Source: a virus (Duplodnaviria > Caudoviricetes). Taken from it: a stretch of 64,000 bases of DNA. This document shows positions 9,950 to 20,293 of this stretch, piece after piece. Both the position numbers and the translations under genes were made by a program. The DNA is taken from IMG/VR virus record IMGVR_UViG_3300011116_001007; one strand, given 5' to 3'. Position 1 is the stretch's first letter. Every line of letters begins with the position of its first letter. Below the pieces are notes generated by a model that did not search any database, was not told the origin of the DNA, and saw only the letters and a program-made list of their open reading frames with translations.

Positions 9950-10624
9950 TTACCATCCTGCCTGTTTCAACATTTCCTGTGCGTACTCGTGATCTGTGGG
10001 ATATGTTTGAAATTTTTTCTGCCAAACGTCTGAATCAATATACATCCAAATCATGGCCACTTGTTCCGTACCTAGCTCACTCAAAAACTTTTGCCCAGAC
10101 TCTGAACTGTAAATCACCCAAGGGCTGATTCGTCCAGTGGTTATGGCATGGCATATCACATTGGCATTGCCATAACGCAAACAATCATGTGCAGGGTTAT
10201 TGGTTTTTTCAGCCCAGTCCAATCCGTATTCCATGGCTCGTGCTAGCGCATCATCCACTGCTTCCAGTGTGAGATAATTTACCAAGTATTCAGTATACAC
10301 TTGATCGCTGCACCAACGATCAATTTTTTTTTGTTGTTTCAGCAGCCAGGCCATGAATCGTTCAGGATTGATCACGCGAGTGTTCACACAGTAATGACCA
10401 AACTTCACAAACGCACGATAGTAGGATGACGTTTCAAAATCTTCAAATGTTTTGTTCTTGGCTGAACCTTGCATGGTTTCGTAAAACCTCACATAGGCCT
10501 GCAATGCCAGTTGTACTCCTCTATCGCCGCGTTGCAGCCTGCGACGTTTGGGTTCGCACATGTGTACTTCTATACTGCTTTCTCTTGAGAAAGTTTTTTC
10601 ACAGTATCCGCAAGTGAATGTCAT
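9950..10624 (-). CDS. C2H2 zinc-finger protein, unknown function
   Basis: CGYCEKTFSRESSIEVHMC. Confidence 0.7.
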   Translation of the reverse strand: MTFTCGYCEKTFSRESSIEVHMCEPKRRRLQRGDRGVQLALQAYVRFYETMQGSAKNKTFEDFETSSYYRAFVKFGHYCVNTRVINPERFMAWLLKQQKKIDRWCSDQVYTEYLVNYLTLEAVDDALARAMEYGLDWAEKTNNPAHDCLRYGNANVICHAITTGRISPWVIYSSESGQKFLSELGTEQVAMIWMYIDSDVWQKKFQTYPTDHEYAQEMLKQAGW

Positions 10625-11067
10625 TTTTTGTCGTTGCCACTGGCTCGGTTGTAACTATCTATTTCTTTTTGTGTGACCAGCTGTGCCATCACGTCAATCT
10701 CATCATCTTTGTATGTGGGAAAGATTGCCATCAACGCTCGTCGCTTGGCACTGAGTCCTGCTTCTTTTTTCTTGGGCGCTATCCAGTTGTGCCTCATCAC
10801 TCCCATGCCGGGGCTGGCAGCAGTTGCACACAGCCATTGTAGTTTGGTATGCTTGGCTATGTCAAAGAAGTTTTTGTTCAAATAGTGATTGGTACTCTGC
10901 ACGTAGTATTCTTGTAGTTGTCTGCTGCCGCCAACTGCACTGCCCCAACGTATCATGAGATAGGTACTGAATTTCTTTCGTTCCTCTGAGGTAAGCTCAT
11001 CATAAAATGCACGATTCTTTGCATCCAGTTGCCGCATCTCGTTGTTGATGTTTAGTTTATCGCTCAT
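10621..11067 (-). CDS. probable clamp-loader small subunit (T4 gp62-like)
   Basis: Size 148 aa; FSTYLMIRWGS...N...LQWL...WIAPKKK pattern; replication context. Confidence 0.5.
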   Translation of the reverse strand: MSDKLNINNEMRQLDAKNRAFYDELTSEERKKFSTYLMIRWGSAVGGSRQLQEYYVQSTNHYLNKNFFDIAKHTKLQWLCATAASPGMGVMRHNWIAPKKKEAGLSAKRRALMAIFPTYKDDEIDVMAQLVTQKEIDSYNRASGNDKK

Positions 11068-11363
11068 GTTGCTTTGGTTGTTTTGGTCAGATGATAGATC
11101 ATTATAGCATTTTCCAAGGCATCGTGTAAAGTGGGATTGGTTTTGGCTTCTCTGCGAATGTCACCCCACAGTTTGGCCTCCTGCAAGGCTTCATGTCGTT
11201 GTCTCATTCCTGCTCTGATGTCATGGTCTCTACGTTCTTCAAATGTTTCGTAGTCATATCCTATTTCTGTTCGTGTGCTGGGATCAGCACCAGATTCGCG
11301 AGAATACACTGTGTTGCCAACACGTTCGTAAACAAGGGTTGCGCCAGGCTTTAGTTGTCCCAT
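11064..11363 (-). CDS. hypothetical protein (99 aa)
   Basis: Coupled overlaps on both sides. Confidence 0.65.
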   Translation of the reverse strand: MGQLKPGATLVYERVGNTVYSRESGADPSTRTEIGYDYETFEERRDHDIRAGMRQRHEALQEAKLWGDIRREAKTNPTLHDALENAIMIYHLTKTTKAT

Positions 11364-11863
11364 TACCAGGCCTTGTTATAGTCTACTATCTCGCAGTTGC
11401 GACTGATGTCTTTGACAAAATACACACAGTCAGGCTCTGCGTCATCATTCAACGGCACAGCCAACAGCTGGCCATTTTTTAGTTTGGGTGCAAACCAGTT
11501 GACTTCGTGATACACATCCAATATTTCAATGTCAGGAAAGCTGGGTCTGAAACTGGTCAACGGATTGAATTGAAACACCTTGAAACCACGGTCATTTATA
11601 CTGGTAAGTGGCAGCACTTCAAGATCGCCCACATCGGGTTCACCAATTAGTATCTGCCAGTCCATGGGCATTTTTATAGTGGCATCGCCTATTCGCAGCA
11701 CCAAGGCAGGGGCGTTAAAACTTTCCAAGAATATAAGTGGAATAAAATGATAATCTGGATCTTTGGGGTCTGAGTTGTCCAAGATGGCGAATCTCATATC
11801 ATCTACTTCATCGGGCAAGTGATCTAAGTCATAAAAGCTATTGTCTAAGGTTAATATACGCAT
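11363..11863 (-). CDS. hypothetical protein (166 aa)
   Basis: Clean ORF with its own sigma70 promoter. Confidence 0.7.
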   Translation of the reverse strand: MRILTLDNSFYDLDHLPDEVDDMRFAILDNSDPKDPDYHFIPLIFLESFNAPALVLRIGDATIKMPMDWQILIGEPDVGDLEVLPLTSINDRGFKVFQFNPLTSFRPSFPDIEILDVYHEVNWFAPKLKNGQLLAVPLNDDAEPDCVYFVKDISRNCEIVDYNKAW

Positions 11864-11871
11864 GATGCCTA

Positions 11872-11900
11872 AGTATACAAGATTGTTATGGATTTGTCAA
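11872..11900 (-). promoter_or_regulatory. sigma70-type promoter
   Basis: TTGACA-17-TATACT, 8 nt before ATG 11863. Confidence 0.75.
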
Positions 11901-12652
11901 GTCTTTGACAGTTTTATTATTTCCGCATGCACAGCATCTGCTACTTTTTGCTGAGTGGCCTGATCTGTGTGAAAAGGTCGATCGTCATTGTAATCTGGGT
12001 GCATGACATAAGTATCACCTACCATCTTGCCTTGCATTTGATAATCAAACATGGCACGACCCAGTGACAGTTTCATGTCTATTGGAACAATTCCTGATTT
12101 TTCTGCTTGATGATGCCAATGCGCCAGAATCCAAGAGTCAACTTCTTGATACAATGCTTCGTTAAAAAAATATTTAAAATGGTATTCAATGGCTCGGTGT
12201 TGATCTTTGGTAATTATCAAAGTAGGACTGGTTTCAAGTCCTTGTGGCACTGTACTCAGTATGGGTGCGTCATTGTCGGGAGTTTGTACTCCATTGGAGG
12301 ATGTGCAAATTGGGTTGTGGCCAACATAAGTGGTGTAGGAACTTTCATCATCCGTGAATGGATATATGAAATTTTTCAATCCTTTTTCAACTTGAAAATT
12401 GTCATTTACTAACAAGTTCAACCGGCTGCTCCAGGTGCTGTGGTACAATAAAAATCTACATCCGATTTCAACTGCTTCTCGCATTTGCCAGGCAATGCCA
12501 AGATTGTCCATAGAAGACCTTGCCAAACACAATACCGAATATCCATATTGATCTTGCAATATTTGGCTGTAATGATCTCTAGCATTGCTGGTTGCCGAAC
12601 TAAAACTGTCACCACACACTATTATATCAAATTTCATTTTATCTTCATCCAT
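11897..12652 (-). CDS. SGNH/GDSL-like protein (paralog 3)
   Basis: IIVCGDSF, CLARSSMDN, DDRPFH. Confidence 0.6.
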   Translation of the reverse strand: MDEDKMKFDIIVCGDSFSSATSNARDHYSQILQDQYGYSVLCLARSSMDNLGIAWQMREAVEIGCRFLLYHSTWSSRLNLLVNDNFQVEKGLKNFIYPFTDDESSYTTYVGHNPICTSSNGVQTPDNDAPILSTVPQGLETSPTLIITKDQHRAIEYHFKYFFNEALYQEVDSWILAHWHHQAEKSGIVPIDMKLSLGRAMFDYQMQGKMVGDTYVMHPDYNDDRPFHTDQATQQKVADAVHAEIIKLSKT

Positions 12653-14103
12653 TCCAGTTTCTCAGCAGTAAATGGATAATTGGCTTCTTTGTAAAACACC
12701 TTGCGTTTGTTTAGGTGTCTGCGAGCAAATTTGCACGTACTAGTAATATCCCATATCTGCACATGATCTTTGTCTTCGGCTTTGCGGATGCCGCGCCCGA
12801 TGCTTTGTATCACTCGCACAAAACTCTTGCCAGGTTCAATCAGCACCAGATTAAAGATCCGCGGAATGTTGATGCCCACAGCAGCCACACCATATGTGGC
12901 CACGATGATCTTGCCGTCGCTCACAGCAATCTCATCATATTCTTCCTGACGTACTTTGGCTTTAGTGGCTCCAGAAACAAACACGGCATGTTCACCCAGT
13001 CGTTCCACAAGCTGTCGACCACATTCAGTTCGATCTACCAAGACCAAAGTATTGCCTGTTTCGTTAACTTGTTGTATCAACGTTGCCATGGTATCCAGGC
13101 GGCCAGATTCTTCAAGAAGATATTTTAGTTCCGCTTGATAGTCAGCGTATTCCACATGATCTACCAATTGCACTATGTTCACATGACAATTGGCTAAAAC
13201 ACCAGCGTCCTGCAATGTGCTTGCAGACAGTCTGCTGATAACTGGGCCTAGGCTGACCAGCAAGGCCTGACTTTCAAACAGTTCTTTGGGCACTGTTCCA
13301 GTCAAGCCCCAGCGAATTGGCACTCTAGCCATTACACCTGTGAGTAAAGTTTTTAGTGCATCTGCTTTGGCCATGTGTACTTCATCCACTATCACACACA
13401 CCACACCTTCAATGAACTCTTGAATGGTGCAATCGCCTACGCCGTTCTTGGTGTTCTTCATAAGATTGTTTAGACTTTGCCAGGTGCAGATGGTGTGTGT
13501 TCGACCGTATTCTTTTCTGTCTCCGAAATACACACCCACATCCAGGTCCATGTTGATGTAGTCTTTTTCTGTTTGTGTAACCAGACTCTTGTTGGGCACA
13601 ATCACTATGCTACGACCATATGCACTGACTGCGTCGCTGAGTGCTGCTGTCATTATGGTTTTGCCTGCACCCGTGGCCACTTCTTGTATGCATTGTGGAT
13701 TGGTCAAGAAGTTGTTGATGATCTCCACCTGGTAGTCACGCAACAAGATTGGTTGGCCTGCTGCAGGATGGTTCTCAGGCCATGCTTTGTTTGCATAACT
13801 TTGTTCCGTTACCTGAGCAAACTCAAATGTAGTTGAGTATTCTCTGCGGTCGTCCAGTTCAATGTCGTAATCAAATCGTTCCAACAAAGGAATAATATCC
13901 GGCAACAAATTGATATATGTGCTGCCGCCCAGTTGGAAGTAAGATACCTTGCCATCCCAGCGACCCAGCCGTACTGCCGGCAAATATCTTGCATACGGAA
14001 TATCATATTTGAATGACTTGACCAAGGCTTTGCGAGCATCAAGATCAAGTCCTTCAATTTTGATGTTCACTTCGTCATTGATTTGTATTGTTGCTAGTTT
14101 CAT
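12634..14103 (-). CDS. uvsW: SF2 DNA helicase UvsW
   Basis: ATGAGKT, DEVH, GLTGT, QSIGRGIR. Confidence 0.95.
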   Translation of the reverse strand: MKLATIQINDEVNIKIEGLDLDARKALVKSFKYDIPYARYLPAVRLGRWDGKVSYFQLGGSTYINLLPDIIPLLERFDYDIELDDRREYSTTFEFAQVTEQSYANKAWPENHPAAGQPILLRDYQVEIINNFLTNPQCIQEVATGAGKTIMTAALSDAVSAYGRSIVIVPNKSLVTQTEKDYINMDLDVGVYFGDRKEYGRTHTICTWQSLNNLMKNTKNGVGDCTIQEFIEGVVCVIVDEVHMAKADALKTLLTGVMARVPIRWGLTGTVPKELFESQALLVSLGPVISRLSASTLQDAGVLANCHVNIVQLVDHVEYADYQAELKYLLEESGRLDTMATLIQQVNETGNTLVLVDRTECGRQLVERLGEHAVFVSGATKAKVRQEEYDEIAVSDGKIIVATYGVAAVGINIPRIFNLVLIEPGKSFVRVIQSIGRGIRKAEDKDHVQIWDITSTCKFARRHLNKRKVFYKEANYPFTAEKLEWMKIK

Positions 14104-14966
14104 TGTATTTTTATTTCACGCACAAACTGTTGGGTGCTTATTTGTTGAATCAAGTGTGTTTGATCTACAGACGATTCTAGATCTGCCACAGGAAAATAAA
14201 GTGGTTGTGCTTGTATATTATACACACTTGTGATTCCTTTTGCAAGAAAAAAATCACTGTGTTGCTCAATATAGTTTTGTATTTGTAGATAGTTTTCTGT
14301 ACTGTCTCGATCATAAAATGCTATCTTAAAATCGGCACTGTAATGACTGAATGGTCGAAATGCTTGGTCGCTTATGTATGTGTCATTATCAAATGTTAAG
14401 TCTTCAACTGTTTTGCCTATCTCACAATAGTTAAGATATACTGTACCAAATTTAATAGTGGTCTCCCCATATTCGCGTTGTAGTTCAGCCGACAAGTAAT
14501 GTGTTTTAGGCAAGCCATACCAAGTACACACTATACGCTGAGTATTTGACTTTGTAGCATGCTCGCATCTATGTACTGCTAAATTTAAATCAGCCAATGC
14601 TGTCCTAACATCATTTGGTGCTGTCATCCAATAATCTGATGTTTGTTGGTCTAACAACCCATGATATTTTTCAAATATATTATGCAGGTAGTTGAGACAG
14701 TCTTGTGTGTATTCAAACTCACGATCAATTATGCGTTTGTGGTTGTTTATGATATCAATACAGTTTTGTATCATGTTTACCGCACGAGATCTTTCTTTGG
14801 CCGGATCATTAAATCCGTAAAATCTGTCCGGATGATCCAATGGATATTGATGCCTTTGTTGCATCCGTTCAAGCCATAATTCTGCTAACGCAGTTGATCT
14901 AATACGGAATTTTAATTCCATACTGCCACTGTGGCCTAGCAAAATAATAAGATGTTTATTAACCAT
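14100..14966 (-). CDS. hypothetical protein (288 aa, AT-rich)
   Basis: Long ORF, ATGA-coupled to uvsW; no recognised motif. Confidence 0.75.
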   Translation of the reverse strand: MVNKHLIILLGHSGSMELKFRIRSTALAELWLERMQQRHQYPLDHPDRFYGFNDPAKERSRAVNMIQNCIDIINNHKRIIDREFEYTQDCLNYLHNIFEKYHGLLDQQTSDYWMTAPNDVRTALADLNLAVHRCEHATKSNTQRIVCTWYGLPKTHYLSAELQREYGETTIKFGTVYLNYCEIGKTVEDLTFDNDTYISDQAFRPFSHYSADFKIAFYDRDSTENYLQIQNYIEQHSDFFLAKGITSVYNIQAQPLYFPVADLESSVDQTHLIQQISTQQFVREIKIQ

Positions 14967-14971
14967 GTTTC

Positions 14972-15000
14972 AGTATATACTTATTGCAAAAAAAAGTCAA
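14972..15000 (-). promoter_or_regulatory. sigma70-type promoter, placed for a leaderless mRNA
   Basis: TTGACT-17-TATACT, then 5 nt, then ATG 14966. Confidence 0.7.
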
Positions 15001-15060
15001 AAAAACAGGCACCTAAGTGCCTGTATAAAGTTCGGGCGGAGCCAACCGTACCCAAACGTT

Positions 15061-15210
15061 TTAAAAAATCATATTCAACAGTTCGGCAAAATTCCAAGCA
15101 CTCAAGAATACCCAGAACCACCCGAATGCGTTTTGCTGGCGTTCAAAACTGCCCATGGCTAGCCACCCATTCAGCAACATAAACAACACTGACACTGCCA
15201 TGGCACTCAT
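15061..15210 (-). CDS. small membrane protein (49 aa)
   Basis: ATG just after the ATPase stop; two hydrophobic segments (MSAMAVSVLFMLLNGWL...FGWFWVFLSAW). Confidence 0.5.
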   Translation of the reverse strand: MSAMAVSVLFMLLNGWLAMGSFERQQNAFGWFWVFLSAWNFAELLNMIF

Positions 15211-15215
15211 GGTTA

Positions 15216-16241
15216 TTAGGCCGCTTTCATGCAAGTGGTTTCTGCTAGACGTTTCCAATTGCCTGTGCTGAGTTTACGCAAGTCAGCAATCTTCAATGCC
15301 ATACGCAAGCTCATTTCGCGCAGGCGATTTTGATTGGCATTCATGAAGTCAATGATCTCGTCTTGCATGCAAGGCTCAAAATCATAGTCTTGGAACAACA
15401 CGCCGTCTTTGGCAATCTGCTTGATACGCAAGATTTTGTCTTGCATGGTATCCAGCGTCAAGTCCAAGTAGTGGCAACGACTTTGCAGTGCATCCAAGTG
15501 ATCGCGCAGTTTCTGCGATTTCATTGTTTCAAACTTCAAGTTGGTGATAAAGATCACACTGCCTTTGAAGTCGAATTGATCTGGGATGCCTTCACGACGC
15601 AAGGTGCTAGACTCACTCAGCCAGGAAATTTTACGTTTCTTGCCTGAGTCAAGAGCACCTTTCAGCAAGTTCAATGCCACGTCATCAACGAGAATACTGT
15701 CGCAGTCATCAAATACCAATACGCAATTATCATCGCTGTATTTGTACAAGGTTTGATACAGGCCAATGGGAGTGGCTGAACCTTTGACAACTTCTGCTCG
15801 CAGTCGTTTACCTGCCAGTTTATCAAACAGCGTGGCTTTTTCAATTTCTTGTTCCACGCCATAGCTCTTGCCCACGCCCGGGGGACCCGACACAATCATT
15901 GCACGGATGTCGCCACCAATTGCGGCTTTGGTCATTTCTGTAAGAATTTCAAAACGCTCACGGATACGATCCATGGCTTGTTCTTCAGTTTCTTTGGCTT
16001 GTGCCGGCACTGCGGCAATTTGCGGTTGTGCTGTCACACTGTCTCCTGATACCATCTCATAGTCAGAGATAGCGTTTACTTTGATACGAATGGTGCTGGG
16101 GCAGTTGGCGAATGTGCCGTCATTTTGCACAGTCACATAGCCGCCTTTGGCACCGGTTTGAAAACCTGACACTAGAGCAAAGCTCTGATTTTTTACAGTT
16201 TTGCCGCGGTACTCGCCGCGAATAATACGAATAGCACTCAT
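15216..16241 (-). CDS. AAA+ ATPase, unknown function
   Basis: GPPGVGKS, LVFDDCD, FITN, ALQSR; GGAG RBS. Confidence 0.85.
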   Translation of the reverse strand: MSAIRIIRGEYRGKTVKNQSFALVSGFQTGAKGGYVTVQNDGTFANCPSTIRIKVNAISDYEMVSGDSVTAQPQIAAVPAQAKETEEQAMDRIRERFEILTEMTKAAIGGDIRAMIVSGPPGVGKSYGVEQEIEKATLFDKLAGKRLRAEVVKGSATPIGLYQTLYKYSDDNCVLVFDDCDSILVDDVALNLLKGALDSGKKRKISWLSESSTLRREGIPDQFDFKGSVIFITNLKFETMKSQKLRDHLDALQSRCHYLDLTLDTMQDKILRIKQIAKDGVLFQDYDFEPCMQDEIIDFMNANQNRLREMSLRMALKIADLRKLSTGNWKRLAETTCMKAA

Positions 16242-16287
16242 TTGGTTGGCTCCTATTTGTGCGGTTAAAATTACTTACTAAGCTTCT

Positions 16288-16316
16288 ATTATAGCAAAGT
16301 ACTCATTACTGGTCAA
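16288..16316 (-). promoter_or_regulatory. sigma70-type promoter 1 of the AAA+ gene
   Basis: TTGACC-17-TATAAT. Confidence 0.8.
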
Positions 16317-16404
16317 CCACTAGATTGTGGCTTTTTTGCAACAAAAATCAGCCGTTTTCTGCGACATTTTTCAGCAGTTTTGGCGTTTTTTGTTGTTATG
16401 CTGT

Positions 16405-16433
16405 AGTTTAGCATGGTCTGAGTTACTGGTCAA
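16405..16433 (-). promoter_or_regulatory. sigma70-type promoter 2 of the AAA+ gene
   Basis: TTGACC-17-TAAACT; shares GTTGACCAGTAA with promoter 1. Confidence 0.7.
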
Positions 16434-16468
16434 CTGGGCAAATAATACCCATACTTACAATAAGGTTA

Positions 16469-17176
16469 TTATTTCCATAATTGTGTAATTGTTGCATCAG
16501 ATATTTGATGCGGTTTGGGAGATCCGTGAAATATCACCACAGAAGTATCAGGTGCAATTTTGACTCCGCTGCCGGGAGATTTGTGTTGTCGACGCTGAAA
16601 ATTATAACCACCATCCAAGCACTGCCATCTAAAACTTTCAAACATTCGATCTTCAAAAAATCTACGCTGATTGATATCAATGACTTTTGTGATATAATCT
16701 TGGTCACCTGGATTGGTTTTGGTCACTTGTTTAATGTCACCTTGTGAAAACTGTTCCCATATCCAAGAAAAATGACTGACATTCCACCACATGACACTGC
16801 TGTTGAATCCTGCGTGGTGTGGATTTTGTAGGTATCTAAAATCTCTTATGGCCCAAAAATATCGTGTGTCAAGATTCAATATCCACGACAAGTCACGTAC
16901 TACCACTGTGTCCAGATCCAGGTAGAGCAAATTACCAGAATGATGCTCAGGATTGAACATCTGCATTTTGTACCACCAGGACTGTTTGGGTCCTGCAATC
17001 CCAGGCCATTCGGTCAAGATGTGTTTGATCATGTGAGGCGGTACAGATCTATCGTGTTCGGTGTACACATGAAAACGAATGCCACCAGGCAACACTCTGG
17101 TCAACATGTTGTACAAGTTTTCTACATAGCGCCAGTCATATCCGGTGCTGTGAATCACACAGGCACAATCAATCAT
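16469..17176 (-). CDS. GT-A (GT8-like) glycosyltransferase
   Basis: WWYKMQMF, YLDLD (DxD), GDQD, FHGSPKP; start moved to the ATGA overlap at 17176. Confidence 0.8.
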   Translation of the reverse strand: MIDCACVIHSTGYDWRYVENLYNMLTRVLPGGIRFHVYTEHDRSVPPHMIKHILTEWPGIAGPKQSWWYKMQMFNPEHHSGNLLYLDLDTVVVRDLSWILNLDTRYFWAIRDFRYLQNPHHAGFNSSVMWWNVSHFSWIWEQFSQGDIKQVTKTNPGDQDYITKVIDINQRRFFEDRMFESFRWQCLDGGYNFQRRQHKSPGSGVKIAPDTSVVIFHGSPKPHQISDATITQLWK

Positions 17177-18027
17177 AGACTCAGGGCGGATGCGATTCTT
17201 TTTAGCCATAGGCCCGTTCTCAATTCTTCTACAGTGTATTCGGTATGACAAATTTCTATCAACCACTGTTGTCGATCTATATCATATGATTTTTCTATAT
17301 CGGCCCAGTCTATAGATACTGGCGCTGCCAGGCTGGATTCATGAACCACGGGCCTACTGCCAGCAATGGCTGCTTGAATACCTGGTCCTGAGTTGTAATT
17401 GACCACAGCATGACATGCATAATTCATATCAAATCCGTCGTAAGTATTAGGCACTGGTCTTGGTGTTTCCATGTGTATCCCAGCAGGCAACTGCGGCAAA
17501 TTCAATCTTGATCTAGGATGTGATCGTACCATGATCGGACGGTCACTTGCAGCTTGAATTTTACTTATGCAATCTAGCACCCAAGATTCTTGACTTGCAA
17601 GTTCTTGCACTTGCAAACTGCGACTGTGCTGTGCAGCTATCACAATGTTTGGATTGGGCTTGTGGTTGGTCAACAATTTAATACCCAGTTTGGCCGGGCG
17701 ATCCAGATCTAAATTTTGCGTGTGTCCATAGTAGCCTTGTGCAGTCACATGATTGACTGAGACTTTCCAGGTCAATCCACGATGCAATGCACCAACTTCC
17801 ACAATGATCACCGGACGGTTTGATTGACGATAATGCTCATACACTTGCTGATTGGCTCGCATGCGCCCATTCCATAGCACAGACCAAATAATTGCAGCGT
17901 CTGTGTCCCAGGAGTTTTCCACAGCGGTCAATCCATTGGCATGCAATGCTGCCAGTATGGCTGACATTACTGGAGGACTGTTCCCCGCTGATTGAGAGGG
18001 AAAATAAGATAGGGTTTTTATGCTCAC
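17173..18027 (-). CDS. KpsS/KpsC-like capsule-synthesis glycosyltransferase (paralog A)
   Basis: VRSHP, VVNYNSGPGIQAAIAG; probable GTG start at 18027. Confidence 0.6.
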   Translation of the reverse strand: MSIKTLSYFPSQSAGNSPPVMSAILAALHANGLTAVENSWDTDAAIIWSVLWNGRMRANQQVYEHYRQSNRPVIIVEVGALHRGLTWKVSVNHVTAQGYYGHTQNLDLDRPAKLGIKLLTNHKPNPNIVIAAQHSRSLQVQELASQESWVLDCISKIQAASDRPIMVRSHPRSRLNLPQLPAGIHMETPRPVPNTYDGFDMNYACHAVVNYNSGPGIQAAIAGSRPVVHESSLAAPVSIDWADIEKSYDIDRQQWLIEICHTEYTVEELRTGLWLKRIASALSL

Positions 18028-18033
18028 TAAATA
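18027..18033 (+). promoter_or_regulatory. late promoter of the plus-strand glycan operon
   Basis: CTAAATA, 4 nt before ATG 18038. Confidence 0.55.
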
Positions 18034-18037
18034 TCTG

Positions 18038-18841
18038 ATGAAATACTGTGTAGTTACCACTTTTAATGCCGCTGGTTACGAAAAATACGGTAAGCGCATG
18101 ATCCAAACGTTCTTACGCACCTGGCCCAAAGATGTACAACTAGTGGTATATGCTGAAAAATGTACAGTTCGAGAACATGCTTCTAATCTGTTGATACACG
18201 ATCTTGACTCAGCCAGTCCCGAATTGGTAGCATTTAAAAACACCTGGGGCAATGTTCCCAAAGCCAATGGTGATGTCAGTGCCGATCCTGCTCGGGCCCG
18301 ACGTAAAGATGCTGGTAAAGGATTCAAATGGGATGCAGTTCGATTTGCTCACAAAGTGTACAGCATTTTCCACTGTGCAAAAAACACTCCCTGCGATTGG
18401 TTGCTGTGGATGGATGCTGACACCATTTGCCATAGTGCTATCACACAGTCTGACCTTGACAGGCTGTGTTTTAGTTTGGTTGATTTGTGTTTTTTAGGGC
18501 GCGCTCGCAAATATACCGAATGTGGATTGTACGCAATGAAATTAGCAAGTCCTGCTGTTGGCACATTTTTACAAAAATTTCAAGAAATGTATGATCATGC
18601 CGAAACTGGAATTTTTACCCTAGAAGAATGGCATGATAGTTTTGTGTTTGATGCTGTGCGAAAACAATGTAACTTGATTGAATTGGACTGGAGCGGTCAT
18701 TTGATCTCTGGCGAAGGACATCCGTTGATCAATAGCGATTGGGGTGCATATTTAGATCATCTCAAAGGTGACAGAAAAGATCAAGGACGCAGCAGGCGAT
18801 CAGACTTAAAAGTCAAAAGAACTGAAGCATACTGGCAATGA
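18038..18841 (+). CDS. GT-A glycosyltransferase-like protein
   Basis: WLLWMDADT (DxD), AVRFAHKVY. Confidence 0.65.
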   Translation: MKYCVVTTFNAAGYEKYGKRMIQTFLRTWPKDVQLVVYAEKCTVREHASNLLIHDLDSASPELVAFKNTWGNVPKANGDVSADPARARRKDAGKGFKWDAVRFAHKVYSIFHCAKNTPCDWLLWMDADTICHSAITQSDLDRLCFSLVDLCFLGRARKYTECGLYAMKLASPAVGTFLQKFQEMYDHAETGIFTLEEWHDSFVFDAVRKQCNLIELDWSGHLISGEGHPLINSDWGAYLDHLKGDRKDQGRSRRSDLKVKRTEAYWQ

Positions 18842-19650
18842 ACTGGATCTGTCTAAGTAAAAATGGCGAAGATGAGTACATTGATATGTTTGCTCGTGGC
18901 GCAGGCATGGAACCTACCCCGCTGGAAACTTGGAACTACGAAGATAGTACTGAGCCGCTGGTGTTGCGTGGTATCATGAAACACAAGATAATCAAACGCT
19001 GCTGGCAAGACAAGCGATTTTTTTGGTACATGGATTCAGGTTATCTGGGCAATCGCCCCAGCATCAAAAACCCATACGGATGGAAGCACTGGCATCGCAT
19101 AGTGCCCAATGACCTACAACATGATCAGATCATACCGCGGCCAGCTGATAGATTGCAACGATTGGAACTGTACATGCGACCATATCATCAACACAGTCGC
19201 AACATATTGATTGTGGCACCTGACCACAAACCTTGTGCGTTTTACGGGTTTGAATTGGATGACTGGTTGACCAACGTCAAGAATGAACTGCAAATGTACA
19301 CTGACCGACCAGTAAAGATTCGAGAGCGGCCGGCCAGCAGAATGGATCGCAAAACTCAACGTGCAGAAGATTGGTTGGCCGACGTGCATGCTGTGGTCAC
19401 ATTCAACAGCACAGCGGCCACAGAAGCTATCTTAGCAGGCGTGCCAGTGTTTACCACAGCACCTTGCAATGCTGCCAACCCAATGAGCAATCACGATCTT
19501 TCCAAAATTGAAGAGCCGTGGTTTCCTACAGATGATCAACGCCATGCTTGGCTTTGCCATCTTGCATATGGGCAATTCCATATAGATGAATTTAAAAATG
19601 GTATGGCATATCGCATACTGAAACAAACACAGGAGATGCTACATGTATGA
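18838..19650 (+). CDS. KpsS/KpsC-like glycosyltransferase (paralog B)
   Basis: YMDSGY, IRERP, VVTFNSTAATEAILAGVP, WLCHLAYGQF. Confidence 0.6.
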   Translation: MNWICLSKNGEDEYIDMFARGAGMEPTPLETWNYEDSTEPLVLRGIMKHKIIKRCWQDKRFFWYMDSGYLGNRPSIKNPYGWKHWHRIVPNDLQHDQIIPRPADRLQRLELYMRPYHQHSRNILIVAPDHKPCAFYGFELDDWLTNVKNELQMYTDRPVKIRERPASRMDRKTQRAEDWLADVHAVVTFNSTAATEAILAGVPVFTTAPCNAANPMSNHDLSKIEEPWFPTDDQRHAWLCHLAYGQFHIDEFKNGMAYRILKQTQEMLHV

Positions 19651-20293
19651 AGAATTAGGATGGTGGTTCCCGGACGCCGAAGATCATTTTCCCAAGATGC
19701 TGAAAAAGAATATCAGCAAAGGTGGACCAGCAGAATATCAGCAACCAGTGCGTTTACGCAGCTTGACACATGTTAAAAAATTCAATGTGGCCTTAGATGT
19801 GGGTGCCAATGTGGGATTGTGGAGCAGAGATCTTGTTAAGAAATTTGACAAAGTTATTGCATTTGAACCAGTGGGAATATTTAGAGAATGTCTAGAAAAA
19901 AACGTAAACGGGCCTAACTTTTTTATCAGCCCCATGGCTCTGGGCGATCAAGATACCAAAGCACAAATGACCATAACTGAAGGCAATACTGGGCATACAC
20001 ACATAGATCCAACCAGCATTGGCTCAGGTGATACCACAGTGGTCAAACTAGACAATCTAGGCATAGACAATGTTGATTATATCAAAATGGATTGCGAAGG
20101 TTTTGAATATCGTGTGATACAAGGTGCTGAACAAACCATCAAGCGATGCCGTCCAGTGATTGTGGTAGAACAAAAACCGCACGACATGTACAGCAAAGAC
20201 TATGGACAATTTGCAGCTATTGAATTGCTGGAATCGTTTGGTATGACCAAATTGGATCAAGTCAAAGACGACTGGATCATGGGATGGAAATAG
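19643..20293 (+). CDS. FkbM-family methyltransferase
   Basis: DVGANVG, FEP, IKMDCEGFE. Confidence 0.9.
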   Translation: MYEELGWWFPDAEDHFPKMLKKNISKGGPAEYQQPVRLRSLTHVKKFNVALDVGANVGLWSRDLVKKFDKVIAFEPVGIFRECLEKNVNGPNFFISPMALGDQDTKAQMTITEGNTGHTHIDPTSIGSGDTTVVKLDNLGIDNVDYIKMDCEGFEYRVIQGAEQTIKRCRPVIVVEQKPHDMYSKDYGQFAAIELLESFGMTKLDQVKDDWIMGWK

